IMG/VR virus record: IMGVR_UViG_2639762904_000002
Coordinates: 3,973 to 67,972 of that record
DNA: 64,000 bases
Source: a virus
Lineage: Duplodnaviria > Caudoviricetes
Strand: one strand, 5' to 3'
Shown: positions 19,892 through 29,987 of the stretch, piece after piece
How the letters are laid out: each line of letters starts with the position of its first letter
Position numbering within the stretch: position 1 is the stretch's first letter
Translations under genes and position numbers: made by a program
Notes under the pieces: generated by a model
The model's database searches: none
Told to the model about the DNA's origin: nothing
Seen by the model: only the letters and a program-made list of their open reading frames with translations

Positions 19892-20887
19892 ATGGCCGAT
19901 ATCGCCATTTTTGAAGACGATGCGTTCAGCGTTTCCTCGTTGACTGCCGCAATCAATGAACAGGAATACCTGCCGGGCCGTATTAGCAGCCTCGGCCTGT
20001 TCCGCGAAGAGGGCATCAGCACGCTGACCGTGCAGATCGAGAAAGACGGCGACACCCTGGCCCTGGTGCCATCGGGTGAACGTGGTACTTCTGGCCTGGT
20101 GGTCGGTGCGACTAAGCGTCAGTTGATCCCCTTCAACACCGTGCATCTGCCGGAGCGCTTCACCATCAAGGCCGATGAGATCCAAGGCATTCGCGCCTTC
20201 GGTACCCGCAGCGAACTGCAGGCCGTGCAGGATGTAGTCAACAAGCGCCTGGCTAAGGCCCGCCGACAGCTGGATGCCACCCACGAATTCCAGCGTATGG
20301 GTGCGTTGAACGGGCAGGTGCTGGACGCCGATGGCAAGACAGTCCTGTTGGATATTTATAAATCCTTCGGCGTGAATCGCCAGAAGCTGCCGATGGGCTT
20401 GAACAGTCCAGATACCGAGCTGCGGGTCAAATGTGGCGAAGCGCTGGATATGCAAGAGGAAGCCCTGGGCAGCGTCACCAGCACCGGCTCCCGCGCTTTG
20501 TGCGGCAAGAATTTCTGGAACAAGCTGATCGTCCACAAGTCGGTTAAGGAGACCTATCTCAACACCATGCAGGCCGCGTCTCTGCGTGGTGATGCCCGTG
20601 AAGCCTTCGAGTTCGGCGGGATCGTCTGGGAGCGCTATCGCGGCAAGGTTGCTGGCGTTGCGTTCGTCCATGACGACAAGGCACTGCTGGTCCCCGAGGG
20701 CGTCCCTGACCTGTACATCTCGTCCTTCGCACCGGCCGACTACATGGAAACGGTCAACACCCAGGGCATCCCGTACTACAGCAAGATCGAGCCGCTGCCT
20801 TTCAACAAGGGTGTCGCAGGGGAAGCCCAGTCCAACCCGCTGCACCTTTGCACGCGGCCTCGCGCGCAGATCCTGCTGGAGATGTGA
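19892..20887 (+). CDS. Major capsid protein (gpE family)
   Basis: 331 aa ending QSNPLHLCTRP. Confidence 0.92.
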   Translation: MADIAIFEDDAFSVSSLTAAINEQEYLPGRISSLGLFREEGISTLTVQIEKDGDTLALVPSGERGTSGLVVGATKRQLIPFNTVHLPERFTIKADEIQGIRAFGTRSELQAVQDVVNKRLAKARRQLDATHEFQRMGALNGQVLDADGKTVLLDIYKSFGVNRQKLPMGLNSPDTELRVKCGEALDMQEEALGSVTSTGSRALCGKNFWNKLIVHKSVKETYLNTMQAASLRGDAREAFEFGGIVWERYRGKVAGVAFVHDDKALLVPEGVPDLYISSFAPADYMETVNTQGIPYYSKIEPLPFNKGVAGEAQSNPLHLCTRPRAQILLEM

Positions 20888-20889
20888 TC

Positions 20890-21210
20890 GTGGCCTTCCG
20901 CGATCTGATCGACGACATCGACGAAGTGGTCTTCGAAACACTGGGCGATAGCGCACGGATCGAGGGCCGCGAAGAACCGGTGCTTGGTATGTTTGCCGCG
21001 CCCTGGTTGCAGCCGAAGCTCGGCAAGCTCAATACCGGCTTGCGTGAGCCTCGGTTTGAAATCCGCGTCAGTGATTCGGAAGGCTTGAAACGCGGGCTTT
21101 TGGTCAGCATCGACTTGCCCGCCCTGGACGGCGGCGGCGATTACGACCTGCTGCAGCTGGAGCCGAGCGGCGACGGTCTGGTCGCCTTGATCCTGAGGCT
21201 GCGCCCATGA
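20890..21210 (+). CDS. Head-tail connector protein
   Basis: Position after capsid; GTG start. Confidence 0.7.
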   Translation: MAFRDLIDDIDEVVFETLGDSARIEGREEPVLGMFAAPWLQPKLGKLNTGLREPRFEIRVSDSEGLKRGLLVSIDLPALDGGGDYDLLQLEPSGDGLVALILRLRP

Positions 21211-21866
21211 GCATCGGTAGCTACGTCAAACCCTCGGCCGGCGGCGGGATGATCTCCATCCAGTCGTCAGCTGCAGATCTCCAGGCGTTTCAGGACTTCG
21301 CCAAGTTGGTGCCCAAGGCAGCTGCGGCGGCCCACAGACGCGCGATCAACAAGACGTTGGGCTGGTTGCGCACGCACATTGCCCGTGCAGTCAGCAGGCA
21401 GGAGCGCATTGCTGTCGCGGCAGTGCGTCAAAGGTTGCGCAGCTACCCGGTGTCCGGCGGGGCATCGAGCGGCAAGCTGTGGTTCGGCTTGAATGCCATC
21501 GAGTCCAGCCGGATCGGCCGGGCGAGGCAAACCGGCAGCGGTGTGTCGGTGACGGGGCGGCGTTATCAAGGCGCGTTTCTCAAGAAGGTCTACGGCAACA
21601 AGCCAGACATTTGGATTCGCACTGCGAGCAAGCACTTCAATGCTGATGATTACCCAGACAGCACTGTATCCGCTGGTCGCGGTGCAAGTTCTGGATGGGT
21701 CGCAGAAAATGGAGATCGTTTTCCATTAGCGAAAGCCAAGGTATCCCTGGAACAAGCCCGTCCACACTTTGAAAGCTGGGTACAAAAGGCGGACGAGCGT
21801 CTGTTGGAGATCCTGCAGCAGGAGCTCAACTTCGAACTACAGAAATACTTGAAGAGGATCGGTTAA
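21207..21866 (+). CDS. Minor tail/neck protein (gpZ-like)
   Basis: RAINKT basic motif; position. Confidence 0.7.
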   Translation: MSIGSYVKPSAGGGMISIQSSAADLQAFQDFAKLVPKAAAAAHRRAINKTLGWLRTHIARAVSRQERIAVAAVRQRLRSYPVSGGASSGKLWFGLNAIESSRIGRARQTGSGVSVTGRRYQGAFLKKVYGNKPDIWIRTASKHFNADDYPDSTVSAGRGASSGWVAENGDRFPLAKAKVSLEQARPHFESWVQKADERLLEILQQELNFELQKYLKRIG

Positions 21867-22381
21867 TGGCTGACCAACCTTTTAGCCTGGACCAGCTTTA
21901 CCGGGCGGTCGAGCAACACCTGGTGAGCCATTTGCCAGGGGTTCAGACGGTAAGTGCCTGGCCGGACATTCAGGATCGCATCGCTTTACCAGCGGTCTTT
22001 CTGGAGCTGGCCGAAATCGAGCCCGGTACCGATATCGGCACGGGTGAAACCACATTGGTGTGTAAGTTCGAGGCACGTATCGTCGTCGACCCGATCTATC
22101 CTCTGCATCAGCAGCAGGCGGTGCAGTTGGCTACCCAACTTGCGGTCCTACTCCGGGCTCAGACCTGGGGGCTGGAAGTCGAGCCGGCAGAGTTCGTTCA
22201 GGCACTACAGGACTGGACCCAGCCAGTGTTGGATGGTTACACCGTTTGGCTGGTGGAGTGGACGCAGCAGGTGTACCTCGGCCCTGAAGAGTGGCCTTGG
22301 CCCGATCAGCCGCCCGGCATGCTGTTGTTTGGCTTTAACAACGACGTCAAAGAGGACTTTGTTCCAGCGGAGGATTTGTGA
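21866..22381 (+). CDS. Tail completion/terminator-like protein
   Basis: Position before gpV; ends W.Q.VYLG like tailocin 51960-52475. Confidence 0.65.
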   Translation: MADQPFSLDQLYRAVEQHLVSHLPGVQTVSAWPDIQDRIALPAVFLELAEIEPGTDIGTGETTLVCKFEARIVVDPIYPLHQQQAVQLATQLAVLLRAQTWGLEVEPAEFVQALQDWTQPVLDGYTVWLVEWTQQVYLGPEEWPWPDQPPGMLLFGFNNDVKEDFVPAEDL

Positions 22382-22944
22382 GCGGCTATGCCACTGCCCA
22401 GCATGACCGCATGCTTGCGGGGGTGGTCAAGGATTGCTTTGTGGTGGCGGTCGATCTGGCTGCCTCCCCTCCGATGTGTCGGGTTTCGGACGGCGAATGG
22501 ACCAGCGCCTGGGTGCGTTGGCACAGCATCGCCGCCGGCAAGGCCAGGCACTGGAGGGCTCCGTCTCTGGGCGAGCAGGGGACATTGGTCAGTGCCAGCG
22601 GTGACGTGTCACAGGGCACGTTCATTCCGGGATTGTATGGCAACGCGGGTCCGCCACCGGATAACCGGGATCATGTGGAAGTCTGGCGGTTTGATGATGG
22701 CGGCTCGCTGATTTACGACTGGCAGGCCAAGAGCTACAGCATCATCCTGCCGAGCGGTACGGTTGCCATCAAAGTTGCCAGTACAGAGGTGGTCGTGACG
22801 GACAGCGCCGTGAACGTGACCACCGGCAACATCAATCTGAAAGCAGCGGTGTTGATCGACGGGGCGTTACACGTCACGAAAGGCATTACCAGTGCTGGTG
22901 CGATCATCGACGCTGGTGGCAACAGCAATCACCACACGCATTAA
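22378..22944 (+). CDS. Baseplate spike gpV
   Basis: APSLGEQG, FDDGG, C-terminal HHTH. Confidence 0.9.
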   Translation: MSGYATAQHDRMLAGVVKDCFVVAVDLAASPPMCRVSDGEWTSAWVRWHSIAAGKARHWRAPSLGEQGTLVSASGDVSQGTFIPGLYGNAGPPPDNRDHVEVWRFDDGGSLIYDWQAKSYSIILPSGTVAIKVASTEVVVTDSAVNVTTGNINLKAAVLIDGALHVTKGITSAGAIIDAGGNSNHHTH

Positions 22945-23001
22945 TTTCAACCGACACACAGCCCGCCCAGTGCGGGCTTTTTCATATCTGGAGTTTGCCT
23001 T

Positions 23002-23271
23002 ATGAGTAAGTCTAGAACTGATGGCGATTCTGCCGAGGCCACTGTGGTTCCGGCGTTGAAGCCTGCGCCGTTGGGTTTTCCCGTTACTGCTGACGCGGTT
23101 GAGTCCATCGGACCAGCGCGTGTTTTTCGCGACAAGGTTTTCACCTCGCGGACATTGATCCTACCCGGCGGCGGGACGCTTCCTGTTGTTGCTGGTCGAG
23201 TTACCGCATGTGGTGATGACCAATTCGCGTTCTTGAAAGCGCATCCAGATCTGGAGCAATTGAAGGAGTAA
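23002..23271 (+). CDS. Hypothetical phage protein
   Basis: GGAG RBS, in tail operon. Confidence 0.6.
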   Translation: MSKSRTDGDSAEATVVPALKPAPLGFPVTADAVESIGPARVFRDKVFTSRTLILPGGGTLPVVAGRVTACGDDQFAFLKAHPDLEQLKE

Positions 23272-23276
23272 TCAGA

Positions 23277-23603
23277 ATGATCGGAATGGATCGCCACACC
23301 GGCCAGCCCATTTCCGGCATCGCACACTTGCGGCAATCGGTTCCAGACATTTTGGGTACGCCGTTGGGCAGCCGGCGGCATCGGATGGATTACGGCAGCA
23401 AGCTGCGGCGATTTGTTGACTTGCCTGTTACTGACGGCTGGAAAAGCGCCGTACAGGCGGAGGTCGCTCGCGCACTGGGTCGCTGGGAGCCGCGATTGAA
23501 GCTGGATCAAGTGCGCGTCATTTCCGTTATCAGCGGGCAAATTAACCTGAAGATCGTCGGGCAGTACCTGGGCGACGGCGTCACGCTGGAGGTGGCCGTA
23601 TGA
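23277..23603 (+). CDS. Baseplate gpW/gp25
   Basis: TPLGSR...YGS...RWEPRL. Confidence 0.9.
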   Translation: MIGMDRHTGQPISGIAHLRQSVPDILGTPLGSRRHRMDYGSKLRRFVDLPVTDGWKSAVQAEVARALGRWEPRLKLDQVRVISVISGQINLKIVGQYLGDGVTLEVAV

Positions 23604-24481
23604 GTATCGTGGATCTGTCGTCGTTACCGGCGCCGACCGTGTTGGAGCCGCTGGACTTCGAAGAGGTTTTTCAGGAGGGACTGGGCGTCTTTCGCGGATA
23701 CATGGGCGGCAACTGGACTGCTGCGCTGGAGAGCGATCCGGTGCTTAAGGTGCTGGAGGTTGGTGCTTACATCAAGGTCGGCAACCGGGCCCGAGTCAAT
23801 GACGCTGGCAAAGCGGTATTGCTGGCGCACGCCATACGCGGTGACCTCGATCACCTGGGGGCCAACGTCAACCTCAAGCGCCTGGTCATTCAAGCTGAGG
23901 ATCTGCTGGCCTTTCCGCCGGTTCCAGAAGTCAAAGAAGACGACGATGCGTTCCGAGAGCGCATCCAGTTGGCCTATGAGGGACTGACCACGGCCGGCCC
24001 GCGTAACAGCTACATCCTGCATGCGCGTAACGCCTCTGGGCTGGTGGCGGACGCCACGGCCGAAAGCCCGGCGCCTTGCTACGTGACGGTAACGGTGCTG
24101 GGATTGGACGGGGAGGGCGAGGCTTCACCGGAGCTGCTCGCCACGGTGGCAACTGCGCTGAATGACGACGATGTGCGGCCGGTGGGGGATAGGGTGACGG
24201 TTCAGAGCGCCCAGGTGATCCGCTACCAAATCAAGGCGATCCTGCACATGACCAGCGCGGGCCCAGAAGCTGATGCCAGTTTAGCCGAGGCGAAAAGTCG
24301 ATTGGCAGCTTGGATCAATCCGCGCAAACGGCTCGGCGTTGAGGTGGCACGTTCCGGTGTAGACGCTCAGTTACACGTTGCCGGCGTTTCTCGGGTTGAG
24401 CTGGTCGGCTGGCAGGACTTGGCCCCGACCAAAGCTCAGGCGGCGTACTGTACGGGCTACACCGTGACGCTGGCGGCTTGA
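23600..24481 (+). CDS. Baseplate gpJ
   Basis: LESDP, TAGP..SY, VRPVGDRVTV. Confidence 0.92.
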   Translation: MSIVDLSSLPAPTVLEPLDFEEVFQEGLGVFRGYMGGNWTAALESDPVLKVLEVGAYIKVGNRARVNDAGKAVLLAHAIRGDLDHLGANVNLKRLVIQAEDLLAFPPVPEVKEDDDAFRERIQLAYEGLTTAGPRNSYILHARNASGLVADATAESPAPCYVTVTVLGLDGEGEASPELLATVATALNDDDVRPVGDRVTVQSAQVIRYQIKAILHMTSAGPEADASLAEAKSRLAAWINPRKRLGVEVARSGVDAQLHVAGVSRVELVGWQDLAPTKAQAAYCTGYTVTLAA

Positions 24482-24482
24482 C

Positions 24483-25172
24483 ATGAAAAGCCTATTGCCG
24501 ATCAACAGTACGCAGCTTGAACGGGCCATGGAGGCTACGTTTTTCGAGAAAACGATTGTCCCGCTTCGCGACCTCTACAACGCTGATACCTGCCCGGTGC
24601 ATTTGCTGCCGCATCTGGCATGGGCGTGGTCGGTGGATCGCTGGGATTACCGATGGACCGAGGCGACCAAACGCGCCGCCATCAAGGCCTCTTATTACAT
24701 CCATGCCCACAAGGGCACCATCGGCGCGTTACGCCGAGTGGTCGAACCGCTGGGCTATCTCATCGAGATTATCGAGTGGTTCAACATGAGGCCCGAAGGG
24801 ATCCCTGGCACCTTCGCGTTAAAGGTCGGGGTGCTGGACACCGGTATCACTGAGGAAATGTATCAGGAGCTGGAGCGGCTGATCGATGACGCCAAGCCCG
24901 TCAGCCGTCACCTGACTGGGCTGGCGATTAGCCTGGAATCCACAGGGGCTATAAACATTTTCGCAAGCATATCTGACGGAGAAGTTATTGATGTTTATCC
25001 GCCGGTACTTAGTGATATCGAGGTGACAGGTTTTATCGGAAACGGGATTCGAGAGTGCTCCATAGATGAAATAGAAGTTTATCCTCCTGCGCCTGAACCT
25101 ATCTCGGTTGACTGCTATGTCGGGGTGCCTGGTCGCGAACATTCCATAGACCATTTGGACGTATACACATGA
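24483..25172 (+). CDS. Tail protein I (P2 gpI)
   Basis: LPHLAWAWSVD, HKGTIGA, AKPVSRH. Confidence 0.92.
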   Translation: MKSLLPINSTQLERAMEATFFEKTIVPLRDLYNADTCPVHLLPHLAWAWSVDRWDYRWTEATKRAAIKASYYIHAHKGTIGALRRVVEPLGYLIEIIEWFNMRPEGIPGTFALKVGVLDTGITEEMYQELERLIDDAKPVSRHLTGLAISLESTGAINIFASISDGEVIDVYPPVLSDIEVTGFIGNGIRECSIDEIEVYPPAPEPISVDCYVGVPGREHSIDHLDVYT

Positions 25173-27052
25173 TTGATGCTAATTCGAAGTTTTTCGCGTT
25201 ACTGACGGCGGTTGGCGAAGCAAAGCAAGTTAAGTCAGATGCAGGGCTGCTAACTTGGAAGCTGACCCATATGGCTGTAGGGGACGCGAACGGTACTGAC
25301 CCTATCCCTGATCGCTCACAGAAAACACTGATTAATGAGCGCCGCCGGGCTCCATTGAATAGCCTGGAGCCTCATCCGACTAACCCTGGGATCCTAGTAG
25401 CCGAGCAGATTATTCCGGCGGATGAAGGTGGGTTCTGGATTCGCGAATTGGGGCTTTTCGATTCTGACGGAGATTTGGTTGCCGTAGCCAATTGCGCGCC
25501 CAGTTATAAGTCGCTGCTAGCCCAAGGGTCTGGTAAGACACAAGTTATACGGATGAATTTTGTTGTTTCAAGTTCTACTAACGTTGTGTTGTTGATAGAC
25601 CCGGCTGTTGTAAACGCTACTCGAAAGTATGTTGACGACTCGGTAGCGAATGCCGTCAACCGGCTTGATTTTAAACATTCGGCATTAGTCGCAACCACGG
25701 GCGCTGTGGTCCTGGCGGGCGTACAAGCTATCGACGGTTTCGCGGTGCCAGCGGGTTCGCGGGTGCTGGTTAAAGATCAGGCGCAGGCGAAAGATAACGG
25801 CCTGTATGTGGTCGGGCCTGATAGCTGGGTGCGTGCGGTCGACGCGGACAGCAGCGACAAGGTAACGCCGGGCATGATGGTGACGGTGGAGCGCGGCACG
25901 TTAAATGCCGATACCATCTGGCACCTTGTCAGTGACGGCCCGTTGGTGCTTGGTACGTCTGCGTTAGTGTTTCAATGGCTCGGCGGACAGAATGCACCTA
26001 CCGCACCAGTCGATGATCGGTCTAAAAAGGTTGTCAATTCTGAAGCTCTAAGGGCTCAAATCGAAAGTGCAAATCAGAAATTCCCAAGCCAGGTATATCG
26101 CAAAAATCTGCTGATTAATGGGAATTTAGACATTTGGCAGCGCGGCGAGGGTGGATCGGTTTCTGTAGCAAGCGCACTTTACACTGCTGACCGCTGGATG
26201 GTTTTTGTGCCAGTAGGAGTGACCGCCCAATGGAATAAAACGCCGTTTACGCTGGGTAGTGGTTTCAATGGCGCAAAATGGGCGCTGAGGGTCAGCTATA
26301 CGGCGGGTGCGCCAGGCGCGAACATTCGGCAGCGCATTGAAGGCGTGGAGACGGGTGCCGGGCAAACGTTGACGGCATCCTTTTATTTCAACTCCACGGT
26401 TGAACAAACCTGTACCGTTATCTTGCGTCAGGTGTTTGGAACAGGCGGAAATGTGTCGGCCGATGTTGATCACTTTCAAGATATTGATGTAACCCGTGAA
26501 TATAAAAAGCATGTAGTGTCATTCAATCTTTCTTCCGTCGTAGGTAAGACCAAGGGTAGCAACAACAACGATTACATTGAGCTAATCATTGTTTCTAAGG
26601 CTTCAGTTGCTCACACCGTTGTATTGGCTTCGGTGCAACTTGAAGTCGGCGCTACAGCGACAGAGTTTGAACCGCGCTTTCCCCAGCAAGAGCTGGCAAT
26701 GTGTCAGCGATATTTTGAAAAGACATTTGCGCAAGGTGTAGCGCCTGCTGATGGGGTGAACCCCTACAGTTCTTTAACGTCGCCTGTATTTGCAGGCCAG
26801 ATTTCGGCAATGAGCCAGCCTATTGCAAGCTGGCAATTCAAGGTCGAGAAGCGAGCCATTCCAAGTATCAAGCTTTATCGTGGGATCGGTGGCGGGGCTC
26901 CGGGGCAGTGGAGGTCTGGTGACGATGTGACTTCAGGCTCGACAGCCCGAGCGATATTTGTAGGCACTCGCAATGTCTCTATTGATAACAACGATATTGC
27001 ATTGCCTTCCCAGGCTTACTACATCCACGCAACAGCTGATGCTGAACTTTAG
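25169..27052 (+). CDS. Tail fibre protein
   Basis: P2 gpH-like N-terminus (GGFWIRE), NLLINGNLDIWQRG domain; lower-GC C-terminal half. Confidence 0.9.
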   Translation: MIDANSKFFALLTAVGEAKQVKSDAGLLTWKLTHMAVGDANGTDPIPDRSQKTLINERRRAPLNSLEPHPTNPGILVAEQIIPADEGGFWIRELGLFDSDGDLVAVANCAPSYKSLLAQGSGKTQVIRMNFVVSSSTNVVLLIDPAVVNATRKYVDDSVANAVNRLDFKHSALVATTGAVVLAGVQAIDGFAVPAGSRVLVKDQAQAKDNGLYVVGPDSWVRAVDADSSDKVTPGMMVTVERGTLNADTIWHLVSDGPLVLGTSALVFQWLGGQNAPTAPVDDRSKKVVNSEALRAQIESANQKFPSQVYRKNLLINGNLDIWQRGEGGSVSVASALYTADRWMVFVPVGVTAQWNKTPFTLGSGFNGAKWALRVSYTAGAPGANIRQRIEGVETGAGQTLTASFYFNSTVEQTCTVILRQVFGTGGNVSADVDHFQDIDVTREYKKHVVSFNLSSVVGKTKGSNNNDYIELIIVSKASVAHTVVLASVQLEVGATATEFEPRFPQQELAMCQRYFEKTFAQGVAPADGVNPYSSLTSPVFAGQISAMSQPIASWQFKVEKRAIPSIKLYRGIGGGAPGQWRSGDDVTSGSTARAIFVGTRNVSIDNNDIALPSQAYYIHATADAEL

Positions 27053-27060
27053 GAGTCGAG

Positions 27061-27438
27061 ATGACATACAGACTGACTGCTGATCCCGACACGGTGATTC
27101 AACTGCCGAGTGGAGCTACAGTTCCGAAGGGCCACCGGTTTTGGGTTGATTACGAAAAATGGTTGGCTGCTGGCGGTAAGCCGGAGCCGATTTTTACTGT
27201 TGACCCGGCAATGCCTGAAAGGGCTTGGCGTGATGCTGAAATTGAGCGCGTGAAATGGCTCAGGGAGCGGCATCGGGACGAGGTGGATTCTGCGCGGCCT
27301 ACCACTCTAACCGTTGAGCAATCGGGTGAACTTTTGGACTACGTTCAAGCCTTGCGCGACTGGCCGCAATCCCCCAAATTTCCCGCCTCGGAGTTCCGGC
27401 CAGATAAACCTGAATGGATAGAGCAGCAAATCCAATAA
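27061..27438 (+). CDS. Tail fibre assembly chaperone
   Basis: ERAWRD...YVQALRDWP. Confidence 0.85.
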   Translation: MTYRLTADPDTVIQLPSGATVPKGHRFWVDYEKWLAAGGKPEPIFTVDPAMPERAWRDAEIERVKWLRERHRDEVDSARPTTLTVEQSGELLDYVQALRDWPQSPKFPASEFRPDKPEWIEQQIQ

Positions 27439-27540
27439 CGCCCCGCACTGTCGGGGCGTTTTGCATTGCGCCACATGTAACACAAACACCCTCCCGGCCT
27501 CGCTTATGCGGGGCTTTTTCGTTTCTGGAGCATTAGCTTT

Positions 27541-28707
27541 ATGAGCTTCTTCCACGGCGTTACTACGACTGATATCAAGACAGGTGCGCGCACTATTTCC
27601 TTGCCCTCGTCTTCCATTGTCGGACTTTGCGACACATTCACCCCAGGCGTTCTCGGCGGCGGTACCGCCAAGGCCGGCGAACTCAAGTTGATCACCACCG
27701 AGCGCGAGGCTATCGCTGCCTTCGGTGCCGACTCGGCGATCACCAGGGCTTGTAAAGCGATCTATGCGAAGGCCAAGGCGGTGATCGTTGCCATCGGCGT
27801 GCCGAAGCTGGAAGACGCGGCGCTGCAAACCTCGGCGATTATTGGCGGCGTTCTGGCCTCGGGTCAGCGTACCGGCCTGCAAGCCTTGCTCGATGGCAAA
27901 AGCCTGTACAACGCGCAGCCGCGGCTGTTGATTGCGCCGGGTCACACGGCCACTCAGGCGGTCGCTACCGCGCTTGATAGCTTGGCGCAGAAGCTGCGGG
28001 CTATCGGCATTCTTGATGGCCCTGGCACCACGGATGAGGCGGCGATGCTTTATGCCGATAATTTTGGCAGTCGCAACCTGTTCATGGTCGATCCTGGCGT
28101 TCAGTACTGGGACACCGAATCCAGTAAGACAGTTGATGCCCCAGCCTCGGCCTGGGCGGCGGGCTTATTCGCCTGGACCGATGCTGAATACGGCTTCTGG
28201 GCTTCGCCGTCTAACAAAGAGTTCACCGGTCTCACTGGTACGACCAGGGCTGTCGAGTACCTGGACGGCGACGAGACGTGCCGAGCCAACCTGCTGAACA
28301 ACGCCAATATCGCGACGATCATTCGCGACGACGGCTATCGCTTGTGGGGTAACCGCACGCTGTCGAGCGATCCGAAGTGGGCGTTTGTCACGCGCGTTCG
28401 CACGCTGTTCATCCTAATGGATGCTGTGCAGGCCGGCCATAAATGGGCTGTTGACCGCTCGATCACCAAGACCTATGTCAAAGACGTGACGGATGGGCTG
28501 GATGCGTTCATGCGCGACCTCAAAGCCCAGGGCGCGATTATTAATTTTGAGGTGTTTCCGGACACCGAGCTGAACACTGCCAGCCAGATCGCCCAGGGCA
28601 AAGTTTATTGGCGCATCCGCTTCACCGACGTGCCGCCGGCAGAAAACCCGAATTTCCTTTTCGAAGTCACCGATCAGTGGATGACCGAAGTTCTTGAAGC
28701 AGCCTAA
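27541..28707 (+). CDS. Tail sheath protein
   Basis: FFHGV, WASPSN, GYRLWGNRT. Confidence 0.95.
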   Translation: MSFFHGVTTTDIKTGARTISLPSSSIVGLCDTFTPGVLGGGTAKAGELKLITTEREAIAAFGADSAITRACKAIYAKAKAVIVAIGVPKLEDAALQTSAIIGGVLASGQRTGLQALLDGKSLYNAQPRLLIAPGHTATQAVATALDSLAQKLRAIGILDGPGTTDEAAMLYADNFGSRNLFMVDPGVQYWDTESSKTVDAPASAWAAGLFAWTDAEYGFWASPSNKEFTGLTGTTRAVEYLDGDETCRANLLNNANIATIIRDDGYRLWGNRTLSSDPKWAFVTRVRTLFILMDAVQAGHKWAVDRSITKTYVKDVTDGLDAFMRDLKAQGAIINFEVFPDTELNTASQIAQGKVYWRIRFTDVPPAENPNFLFEVTDQWMTEVLEAA

Positions 28708-28719
28708 GGGGCCTAGTCA

Positions 28720-29223
28720 ATGATTCCTCAAACCTTGTTTAACACGAACCTGTTTGTCGACGGCGTGAACTTCGCTGGCGACGTACCGAGCCTTACGCTG
28801 CCCAAACTGACCACCAAGACTGACGAGTATCGCGCTGGCGGCATGGCCGGTGCGATTGAGATGGACCAAGGCCTGGAAAAAATGGAGGCGTCCTTTGTTA
28901 CCAAGGGCGTGCGCCGTGATTCGTTGAAGTACTTCGGTCTGGCCGATGGCACCGCTTTCAATGCGACGTTCCGGGGTGCCTTCAAGGGGCAGAAAGGGGC
29001 TGTAACGGCTGTGGTTGCCACCCTGCGCGGTCGTCTCAAAGAGCTCGATCTGGGCGACTGGAAAGCCGGTGACCCTGCCGAGATCAAGCACGCCGTAGCA
29101 GTCGCTTATTACAAACTCGAAATCGACGGGCGCCTCATGTACGAAATCGACATGGTCGCCGGTGTTCAGGTGATCGACGGCAAAGACCAACTTCTCGAAG
29201 TGCGCACCGCACTCGGCCTCTAA
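28720..29223 (+). CDS. Major tail tube protein
   Basis: LPKL...YRAGGM; follows sheath. Confidence 0.93.
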   Translation: MIPQTLFNTNLFVDGVNFAGDVPSLTLPKLTTKTDEYRAGGMAGAIEMDQGLEKMEASFVTKGVRRDSLKYFGLADGTAFNATFRGAFKGQKGAVTAVVATLRGRLKELDLGDWKAGDPAEIKHAVAVAYYKLEIDGRLMYEIDMVAGVQVIDGKDQLLEVRTALGL

Positions 29224-29237
29224 GGGACTAGATCCAA

Positions 29238-29837
29238 ATGAATAAAGCAACGTCCAAAGCAGTACCGGCTTGGCTATCACTCACTGCCCTTGCAGCCGTC
29301 GTAACGCTCACGCGACCAAGCAATGCCAACGGCGTTCTGGTCGAAACATTAACTTTGCGGGCCCCGCTGGTACGGGAAGTGCGAGCGGCCGACCGTGCCT
29401 CTAACGGCGATGAAGAACAGCGAGAGCTGATGTTGTTCGCGGGTTTGGCAGAGGTGGGTGTTAAGGATCTTGAAGGTCTGAAGCTGGCTGACTACCGCCG
29501 TGTTCAAGCCGCTTATGCACACTTGGTGCCGGATACCGACTATTCGGAATCAATGCCGTCGTGGCTGTCGGTCAACACTGATCGCGCCCAGGTCACCCTG
29601 ACCTGCCCAAGCGAAATCAATGGGGTATCGGTTGATACCTTGGCCCTGCGCTCCCCGACAGTGGGCGATGTGCGCGCGGCTAATCGTGACGCGGGCGGAG
29701 ATGACGAACAGCGGGAATTGATTTTGTTTGCCGCGCTTGCCGGTGCGCCTGTCACGGACCTGGAGGGCCTGAAGCTGGTGGATTTTAACCGTCTGCAGGC
29801 CGGCTATTTTCGTTTGGACCAAGACGACGGGGTTTAA
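29238..29837 (+). CDS. Tail assembly chaperone with two tandem gpE-like domains
   Basis: Duplicated LR.P.V..VRAA...EQREL.LFA.LA...DLEGLKL.D. Confidence 0.85.
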   Translation: MNKATSKAVPAWLSLTALAAVVTLTRPSNANGVLVETLTLRAPLVREVRAADRASNGDEEQRELMLFAGLAEVGVKDLEGLKLADYRRVQAAYAHLVPDTDYSESMPSWLSVNTDRAQVTLTCPSEINGVSVDTLALRSPTVGDVRAANRDAGGDDEQRELILFAALAGAPVTDLEGLKLVDFNRLQAGYFRLDQDDGV

Positions 29838-29853
29838 CCCTCACGTCATAAAG

Positions 29854-29949
29854 ATGGCCGCGAAACGTCTGGCGGCGGAAACAGGATTCTCCGCTGCTGA
29901 GATTTTGTCGATGCCCTTTGCAGAAATGGTGTGGTGGCTCACGGACTGA
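29854..29949 (+). CDS. gpE'-like short tail chaperone segment
   Basis: MAAKRLAAETGFSAAEILSMPFAEMVWWLTD between chaperone and tape measure. Confidence 0.65.
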   Translation: MAAKRLAAETGFSAAEILSMPFAEMVWWLTD

Positions 29950-29987
29950 GCCGCCTTCGATAAGGCTATCCAAATGAGGGCCGTGAC